Source: a virus. Taken from it: 64,000 nt of DNA. Below the pieces are notes generated by a model. The model had not been told where the DNA came from, made no database searches, and worked only from the letters and a program-made list of their open reading frames with translations. The stretch is from positions 11,651-75,650 of the IMG/VR virus record IMGVR_UViG_3300020477_001849, one strand, 5' to 3'. The position numbers and the translations under genes are program-made. Below, one piece after another: positions 58,464-64,000 of this stretch. Numbering within the stretch: the stretch's first letter is position 1; every line of letters begins with the position of its first letter.

Positions 58464-59090
58464 CTATGGTCTATCTATCAAATTATATTCCGGAGGTATA
58501 CCTTTTCCAAAATCTATAAGTTCCATATCGTACGTATATAGTGACCAACCAATTGGCTCATGACCACCGGCCGCGGCGATCATCTTTTTTGATAATTCAG
58601 GAAGGCTCTTAAAGGGCCCTCGAATTCCCCAGTTTCCCGTGTGATATAGCTTTTTAGGATTTCTTCCTCTAAAAAATAAACATACCGCATGCCCAGAAGG
58701 CTTGCCTTCTAGGGTAAGCCATGATGTAGTAAAATATAGCGGCTCGAAATTTGGATTAATACAATTCACCGCCCATGCTGAAAAGTCATCACAATCCAAA
58801 GAGCCATCAGGCTGTGAACCGGTTTCCGCTATACTGTCGATACAATGTTGTACCCAATAGGGTGATCCAACGGCATCCCCTAACTCTTTGAGCCCATCTT
58901 TTTTCCACGTAAGTGTATCCATCAACTCTGTGGCTTGATCCGGATCTAGCCCTAGGCTAAGTACAACATGTTTGTATTTTCTATGATAAATGAATCGATA
59001 GATAGAGCTCCACAGGGTATATAACCTAAATGCATGAGCAGACCAGTGCATTACAATTAGAAAAATTAATTTTGCTTTTCTTAACATCAT
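58464..59090 (-). CDS. Transglutaminase-like cysteine protease
   Basis: LDCDDFS...GHAVC, typical of transglutaminase-like/BTLCP catalytic motifs. Confidence 0.65.
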   Translation of the reverse strand: MMLRKAKLIFLIVMHWSAHAFRLYTLWSSIYRFIYHRKYKHVVLSLGLDPDQATELMDTLTWKKDGLKELGDAVGSPYWVQHCIDSIAETGSQPDGSLDCDDFSAWAVNCINPNFEPLYFTTSWLTLEGKPSGHAVCLFFRGRNPKKLYHTGNWGIRGPFKSLPELSKKMIAAAGGHEPIGWSLYTYDMELIDFGKGIPPEYNLIDRP

Positions 59091-59126
59091 CTTTCACCGT
59101 ATATTATCATAAGTATGACTTAAGAT

Positions 59127-59155
59127 AAAAAAAGGCCCTGGCATGCCAGGGCCTT
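59127..59155 (-). terminator. Rho-independent terminator after hsp20
   Basis: Perfect 24-bp palindrome AAGGCCCTGGCATGCCAGGGCCTT (59132-59155) running into a U-tract on the minus strand. Confidence 0.8.
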
Positions 59156-59182
59156 CTAGCTCATATGAGCTAATCACAGATT

Positions 59183-59650
59183 TTAACTAACGGTGACCCG
59201 TCGTTTAGCCGACTCCTGCTTTTCAACAGGAATATTGATAGTAAGGATGCCGGCGTCATACCTAGCTGAAATGGAATCAAATTCAACTCCCTCCGGTAAT
59301 GACCAAGACTTAGAGAAAGAACTATAGTCAAACCCTCTAGACAAATAGCTATTCTTTACATCACTAACCCCAGCGTTATGTTGTTTCATAGAGATAGACA
59401 ATACGTCTTTATCAATATCAATAGTAAAGTCATCCCTAGAGTAACCGGGGACAGCCAATGCAATCTCAAAACCTGATTCATCCTTAAGGATATTACAGGG
59501 TGGTGAGTTAACATATGCTGAGTTACTCAGTGCTCGAGGTGCAGTCCAAGAAGCATCAGACCACTTGGGAAAAATGCTGTCGAGGATATCATTAAAGTCG
59601 CTGTAGGGATAATACTTCTTTTTTGTTGAAATAGGGAAAAAATTACTCAT
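59183..59650 (-). CDS. Small heat-shock protein (Hsp20/alpha-crystallin)
   Basis: NI...LAVPG, FSKSWSLPEGV, ISARYDAGILTINIP. Confidence 0.92.
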   Translation of the reverse strand: MSNFFPISTKKKYYPYSDFNDILDSIFPKWSDASWTAPRALSNSAYVNSPPCNILKDESGFEIALAVPGYSRDDFTIDIDKDVLSISMKQHNAGVSDVKNSYLSRGFDYSSFSKSWSLPEGVEFDSISARYDAGILTINIPVEKQESAKRRVTVS

Positions 59651-59761
59651 TTAAACTAGCCTCCATTAGATAGTCCGACTTAGTCGGTATTTTCCATATG
59701 GGTAAAAGATAATAACAAGATGAGCTCGGAACAGGCCTAAAGTGCTTTTTTTTTATTTTTT

Positions 59762-59965
59762 TTATTTTTCTTTAGGGTATGAAAGAGGGAACGTGTGTGT
59801 AGTATATTCGTGATAGCCCCTTATGGTTGCTATAACAACTTCACCTGGGTGTAGTTCTTCAAACATACTCTTCACCATGCAACTATCTCTAGGCCCTAGG
59901 AATTTAAAATATGATGTTTTTCCCATAGACCAATTAATCGAAATAACTGTCCATGGTATTCTCAC
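59762..59965 (-). CDS. Hypothetical protein
   Basis: 67 aa, start overlaps the upstream stop. Confidence 0.5.
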   Translation of the reverse strand: MRIPWTVISINWSMGKTSYFKFLGPRDSCMVKSMFEELHPGEVVIATIRGYHEYTTHTFPLSYPKEK

Positions 59966-60180
59966 TGGTCAAGTTCTTCAAGCCAGATGTCTAAGGAATC
60001 TTTAACGATGGTAGAATCCCATGACTCTTGGAATTCTATTAGTGCATGATAAAGATCCGGATACTCTTCTTCAATCTTGCTAAAATCTGATTCGAATACA
60101 GATTCTGCTCCGGTTATAAGGTGATTAATAAGTACTTTAATTGCAGCATGCTGCTCAGCGCTCAAACTTAAATCTGCCAT
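59962..60180 (-). CDS. Hypothetical acidic protein
   Basis: 72 aa, co-oriented. Confidence 0.5.
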   Translation of the reverse strand: MADLSLSAEQHAAIKVLINHLITGAESVFESDFSKIEEEYPDLYHALIEFQESWDSTIVKDSLDIWLEELDQ

Positions 60181-60218
60181 ACTCTACTTTCCTTGACCTA
60201 TCCGCTATGTCTTTTGGC

Positions 60219-60566
60219 CTAACCAATATCTACAGGTTTATCTGTTATAACTGTTTCTGTCACTATAATTTCTTCTACATGCCTATCGAAAACCTCAACT
60301 TTCGAAAGCGGGACGTAACAAGCAAGGCTGTTAGACTTTTCTATAATGAAATACTCTTGATGCCCGTCAATTGTCCCACGCATGTAGCACCCGGATGTAA
60401 TTAGTTCTTCAATATCCTGACGTCCTTCACTGGTTTGGGCCTGGTACTTTAAAATAAAATTTTCCTTAAATTTACATATGACCCATTCTTTACTGGTAGA
60501 ATGACGACTAGTAATCTTATGGGGCTTTATTTTTATACCCATCTCTCTAGTCCTGCCTGTAAGCAT
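60219..60566 (-). CDS. Hypothetical protein
   Basis: 115 aa, co-oriented. Confidence 0.5.
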   Translation of the reverse strand: MLTGRTREMGIKIKPHKITSRHSTSKEWVICKFKENFILKYQAQTSEGRQDIEELITSGCYMRGTIDGHQEYFIIEKSNSLACYVPLSKVEVFDRHVEEIIVTETVITDKPVDIG

Positions 60567-60665
60567 TTAATCATTCTTACCAAAAATACTATAACATAAA
60601 ACTAAAAATGTCGATAGTATAAGAAAAATGCTAAATGCTGTCTTTAGCTCTTCAATTCTATTCAA

Positions 60666-61097
60666 CTATCCGACAACGTCTATAACTGCATCAATCAGGG
60701 GAGTAGAGTCATCGACAATTACCGGTGCATTATCAACCTCAGCGCTCACCTGACCAACGGATGCATTTTCTTGAATTACCTCTACTTGTGCATTCAGCAT
60801 TTCTTGAAGTGCTTCTGCTTGAGCAACAACGGCCTCAACAACCGGTGCTTGTACAGCAACTTCATCAACACACCCCGGACACATATGTGCGGCATTCTGC
60901 ACAGATTCAACGACCTGCTCAAGCGCTCGTGATGCCATAACCATTTCAACAAGAACATCATGCTCAGGTGAGTTACTTTCAACTACGGGGCCAGGCGATG
61001 GTGCCTCAGGAGCAGGTGCCATATCTTCGCCACACTCCAGCATCCTAGCTTTTTCTTCACGAATAATTTTCTTAAGTTGCCTTTTCGAAATTCTCAT
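60666..61097 (-). CDS. Acidic protein with MRISKRQLKKIIREE leader; candidate internal head protein
   Basis: Basic amphipathic leader, then an E/V/A-rich body with repeated (V/L/I)xE. GGAG SD and ATAGTTA upstream. Confidence 0.65.
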   Translation of the reverse strand: MRISKRQLKKIIREEKARMLECGEDMAPAPEAPSPGPVVESNSPEHDVLVEMVMASRALEQVVESVQNAAHMCPGCVDEVAVQAPVVEAVVAQAEALQEMLNAQVEVIQENASVGQVSAEVDNAPVIVDDSTPLIDAVIDVVG

Positions 61098-61150
61098 CTT
61101 TAATCTCCGGTGGTGTACAAATAACTATATTCTTTTAATTAAAATACACA

Positions 61151-61438
61151 TTATGCATTTTTCTTTTTCGGGTATTCAGGATGCTGGATATTCAGGTATA
61201 TCTTTCTTTCCCCAGGCATTAGCTCCACCTGGGTTTTTACCCTCCACCCTACATCCCTGTATTGTTGAATAATATATTGATAAAATGACATCCAGTATTC
61301 TCTAATCTCGAACATCATTCCATTCTGTAGTTGCTTACTTGACCATTCACCCTCGAGGCACCGGTTCACAGCTTTAATTACTGCCCTGCATTCTTCCGAT
61401 GGGCGGTCTTTTAATTTTTTTATTAAGTTAATACTCAT
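61151..61438 (-). CDS. Hypothetical protein
   Basis: 95 aa, ATATTTA motif upstream. Confidence 0.55.
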   Translation of the reverse strand: MSINLIKKLKDRPSEECRAVIKAVNRCLEGEWSSKQLQNGMMFEIREYWMSFYQYIIQQYRDVGWRVKTQVELMPGERKIYLNIQHPEYPKKKNA

Positions 61439-61509
61439 ATATGAGTTACTCAGTCCATCACAACTATCACCAATAAATATTCCGGGTGATGATAAGTTAA
61501 TCTAGAATT

Positions 61510-61728
61510 CTAGACGCCCTTAATGTGCTGCAAAACATGGAATGTATGAGTATTAACATATACAGGTACAATATTGTCGTGGCATAATATTAAGTATGCC
61601 AGTGTTGCTGTCTCACTGGGCATGGTCATCCATTCTTTTCCCATGTATATACCGGTAATGATAGGTGCATTACTGTATATTCTAGGCCTAGGAATGGCTT
61701 GGATCAGATCACCTTCAGCTAGCTTCAT
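61510..61728 (-). CDS. Small SH3/KOW-like beta-barrel protein
   Basis: EGDLIQ...GIYMG. Confidence 0.5.
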   Translation of the reverse strand: MKLAEGDLIQAIPRPRIYSNAPIITGIYMGKEWMTMPSETATLAYLILCHDNIVPVYVNTHTFHVLQHIKGV

Positions 61729-61749
61729 ATTTTGGCATCCTACAGCTAG

Positions 61750-61926
61750 TTATATTATCCTCAATTCTTCTGGCGTGTACATTCCAACTGATGAGTCTTG
61801 CCACAGCACATGTATTACGATAGGGGTATCATGATGAATTGACTTCTTGATGCTAGTAACTGTACCCGTGCCATGTTTTCCTCTTAGCATTACCTTTGTA
61901 CCAATTGATATATCACGACTTCCCAC
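61750..61926 (-). CDS. Small SH3/KOW-like beta-barrel protein
   Basis: Likely GTG start at 61926 (the track start overlaps the next gene). IGTKVML...GTGTV...VLW...EELRII. Confidence 0.5.
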   Translation of the reverse strand: MGSRDISIGTKVMLRGKHGTGTVTSIKKSIHHDTPIVIHVLWQDSSVGMYTPEELRII

Positions 61927-62155
61927 CTGGCCAGTCGCCTTTAAGGATTTCGACTTTATGTGTTCTTGCGGGAATTTTAACGACCTTTCCCTTAAATAGA
62001 ACGGTGTAAAATAAGATTGCACCGGCTTCACTCGCATCTTCCCACTCTTCTCCCATATACAGCGCAGGCACAATCATGTACCCCGTATAGTCTTTTATAG
62101 GCGCTACTATCACCATATCTCCGGGTTTCGGAGAGCTCATGAGTAACCCCGGCAT
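61913..62155 (-). CDS. Small SH3/KOW-like beta-barrel protein
   Basis: KPGDMVIV...ALYMGEEW, resembling 61510-61728. Confidence 0.55.
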   Translation of the reverse strand: MPGLLMSSPKPGDMVIVAPIKDYTGYMIVPALYMGEEWEDASEAGAILFYTVLFKGKVVKIPARTHKVEILKGDWPGGKS

Positions 62156-62182
62156 GTCAATAACATATTATTAATTATGGCC

Positions 62183-62455
62183 CTATAGGGGAATATGTGT
62201 ACCCTTGTTAATAGATGTCATATTAATAATATTGATTTCCGCTAGGCCGCGGTGGTCAGTATAAGTTGGAGGAATGTCTGAAAACCACTGAATTCTCCAG
62301 CACCAGCATGGCCAATCAGCCGGCTTTCCATTTTTTGCATACATGTCGAACCTTTCATATAGCATCCCCCTATAGTCCTCTCCAGGCCTTGACCACTCCG
62401 AAGGCATATCATTAAGGATAACAATATCCCCTTCCTTTAGGCGTCTTCTAGGCAT
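62183..62455 (-). CDS. Small SH3/KOW-like beta-barrel protein
   Basis: LKEGDIVIL...GML...WRIQW. Confidence 0.5.
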   Translation of the reverse strand: MPRRRLKEGDIVILNDMPSEWSRPGEDYRGMLYERFDMYAKNGKPADWPCWCWRIQWFSDIPPTYTDHRGLAEINIINMTSINKGTHIPL

Positions 62456-62630
62456 GCAGTATACCCCTTTAGATCATGATTATAAATGGTACCATACATG
62501 ATAAGCGATTACACGAATTACCGCCGCGCGGTTTTTCTCGAGAGCGTTCTTTTCTCGAGCAGTTTTTAAGGCGAATATTCGTATGTCGCCTCAGGCGACG
62601 TCTCACGTCGTCCATTCCGCGACAATACAG

Positions 62631-62990
62631 CTAGCGTCCGATAGATTTTCCGAGCATGTATGAACGAAGTGAATTTAATCGGTCCAATACGGTAGCAACC
62701 TTGCCTTGACCCCATTCCGGAACGTGTTCCAAGTCTTTGACCATATCGCTAAGCTCCAAGGCAGTAGCCGCAATCGATTGAAGTTGATTAACGGTCATTC
62801 CGACTTCTTCATCGGTCTCCTCAGCTTCAGGGGCCAGACCAATATCTTCAGGATCAAAAACAACAACTTCACTCTCTAGTTCCTCGGCCGGTGGCCACGA
62901 AGATACCTCCTCGTCCACCCCTAGAGGCCCTAGAGCACTTTCTAACTCTTCCTTGATTATACACTTAAGTCTCTGTTTACTGATCTTCAT
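62631..62990 (-). CDS. Acidic protein with MKISKQRLKCIIKEE leader; candidate prohead core/internal protein
   Basis: Likely start ATG 62990 (GAGG upstream). C-terminal helical M..QL....A.EL...PEW.Q.K...Y segment. Confidence 0.65.
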   Translation of the reverse strand: MKISKQRLKCIIKEELESALGPLGVDEEVSSWPPAEELESEVVVFDPEDIGLAPEAEETDEEVGMTVNQLQSIAATALELSDMVKDLEHVPEWGQGKVATVLDRLNSLRSYMLGKSIGR

Positions 62991-63077
62991 GACATGCTTC
63001 CTCACGGGACGTAGCTAGTAATTAATTATACTGTACAGATGACAAAGTAACATAGCCGCCCCCGATAGACAAGCACT

Positions 63078-63494
63078 TCAGGGAAGCATGACCTCCGCCT
63101 GGCCACCCTTCGGCGCAATGATAACAGGGGCACCCAGGCGTAATGCATGTGACTCTACCATTGATCGGCTTTTTGCATTATTAACAAATGCATTAGGTTT
63201 AGTCTCCACTAGCATTAATGCACGCCCCCATTGCGAATCCACATAGTACGCCATCATCCCTACCACATCGGGCCTCATATTGGACGGAAGTTCTCGTGTA
63301 CTCCATAAACACTGAAAATCCTTACACTCTTGGGGTCTCTGAGAATATATGTTACACCCCTTTGAACATGCATGACTGCAATTATTCCATTTTGGCTTGT
63401 TTAGTTCACCAATCTCTAAAACATGGCAGCATGTACGGCAATCACCGCATGGCCGGGGCTTCTGTGACTTCCCGCGGCTTTTCTTCCTTCCCAT
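63078..63494 (-). CDS. YkgJ-like cysteine-cluster (CxxCxxCC) protein
   Basis: CGDCRTCC...C....GCNIYSQRPQECKDFQC. Confidence 0.8.
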   Translation of the reverse strand: MGRKKSRGKSQKPRPCGDCRTCCHVLEIGELNKPKWNNCSHACSKGCNIYSQRPQECKDFQCLWSTRELPSNMRPDVVGMMAYYVDSQWGRALMLVETKPNAFVNNAKSRSMVESHALRLGAPVIIAPKGGQAEVMLP

Positions 63495-63502
63495 TTACTC
63501 AA

Positions 63503-63721
63503 TCATCCTTTATTAACAGATTTTCTTCTTCGGTATGCCATGGCAACCCCCACCGGTCCGATTTGCCATGGCTCGACCTCTACGACCTTGCCATCAACTA
63601 GGGCATGCCATCTCTCTAAGCCTTCCGGTGTGATAGTGCGGTCGACGAGTACAGCCTCCGAGACAGCATATGTGCTGTTAGTCGTTTTGTACTTGATTGC
63701 CACCAATTCGCCTATCCGCAT
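63503..63721 (-). CDS. Small SH3/KOW-like beta-barrel protein
   Basis: MRIGELVAI...ALVDGKV. Confidence 0.5.
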   Translation of the reverse strand: MRIGELVAIKYKTTNSTYAVSEAVLVDRTITPEGLERWHALVDGKVVEVEPWQIGPVGVAMAYRRRKSVNKG

Positions 63722-63823
63722 ATCCTTAAGTATCGACCAACCAGGATAATCGCACCTATGATGACTGTCATAATTGCTAATTCAATCACTGCATGCTTTC
63801 CTAGTCGATTAATCATACTAGTA

Positions 63824-64000
63824 TTATAACCGCTTAGCGCACTTAAGGAAACAGCTAATTTCTGCTAATCTAACCCCAACTAGAGGGCGATGTATCACAT
63901 AGTAATCGATATGGTCTTTATGGTGATCGCCGAATGGGGGAGGTCGTAGTGACTGTATACCATCAATCACTGTGACTACTTCACCCGCGTAGGTCCAAGC
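63824..64000 (-). CDS. Partial hypothetical protein (5' end outside the window)
   Basis: Open frame AWTYAGEVVTVIDG...KCAKRL-stop at 63824, translated by hand. Confidence 0.45.
   Translation of the reverse strand, partial: AWTYAGEVVTVIDGIQSLRPPPFGDHHKDHIDYYVIHRPLVGVRLAEISCFLKCAKRL

Noticed and set aside
59696-59720. Sigma32-like promoter CTTGTT...CCCATAT upstream of hsp20
   Set aside because: Spacing is about 11 nt, shorter than the usual RpoH spacing, so it is not supportable.
42332-61514. TCTAGA as a dedicated intergenic operator
   Set aside because: CTAG-containing words are common in coding regions too, and enrichment cannot be shown without counting.
63712-63789. 25-codon hydrophobic mini-ORF (VIELAIMTVIIGAIILVGRYLRICG) on the minus strand
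   Set aside because: A plausible membrane peptide, but too short to support without homologs or expression data.
1-64000. Stop-codon reassignment, as in some jumbo phages
   Set aside because: Genes are full length and densely packed under the standard code, and TAA, TAG and TGA all act as stops.

Overview
This window is from a large (jumbo-type) contractile-tailed dsDNA phage. It is AT-rich, densely coded, almost all on the minus strand, uses the standard genetic code and has AGGAG-type Shine-Dalgarno sites. Left (1-12 kb): a baseplate module (a large LamG-type wedge protein running off the window and absent from the ORF track, gp6-like wedge, gp25-like, gp5-like spike) next to a gp55-like late sigma factor. 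Middle (12-42 kb): an island of about 35 co-oriented glycan genes. It includes GT2/GT4/GT9 glycosyltransferases, two short UDP-glucose dehydrogenases flanking a Cas4-like nuclease, NeuA/NeuB, RmlA/RmlB/RfbH, HldA/HldC, an Rpe-SIS-kinase/nucleotidyltransferase-HAD cassette, 2OG-Fe(II) dioxygenases and methyltransferases. Right (42-64 kb): a host-takeover and proteostasis block with PIN-PhoH, a stand-alone sigma-70 region-4 protein, a complete tmRNA (tag ANDNVEYDYALAA), an N6-adenine MTase, an Hc1-like protein, a YkuK RNase H-like protein, an apparently ATPase-dead GroEL-like protein, a complete YeaH-SpoVR-PrkA operon, a HAD-Nudix fusion, a DinG helicase, a deaminase, two proteases, Hsp20 and many small ORFs. 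Best candidates for undescribed biology: (i) a shared 'MKISKxxLKxIIxEE' leader on unrelated proteins, a possible capsid-targeting/protease signal, mostly behind a putative late promoter ATANTTA; (ii) the PrkA-YeaH-SpoVR triad clustered with tmRNA and a degenerate chaperonin; (iii) unusual sugar-nucleotide cassettes; (iv) a TGTAMA-N16-TATAAT promoter class with a stand-alone sigma-4 protein. All product calls come from motif recognition by eye; no searches were run.
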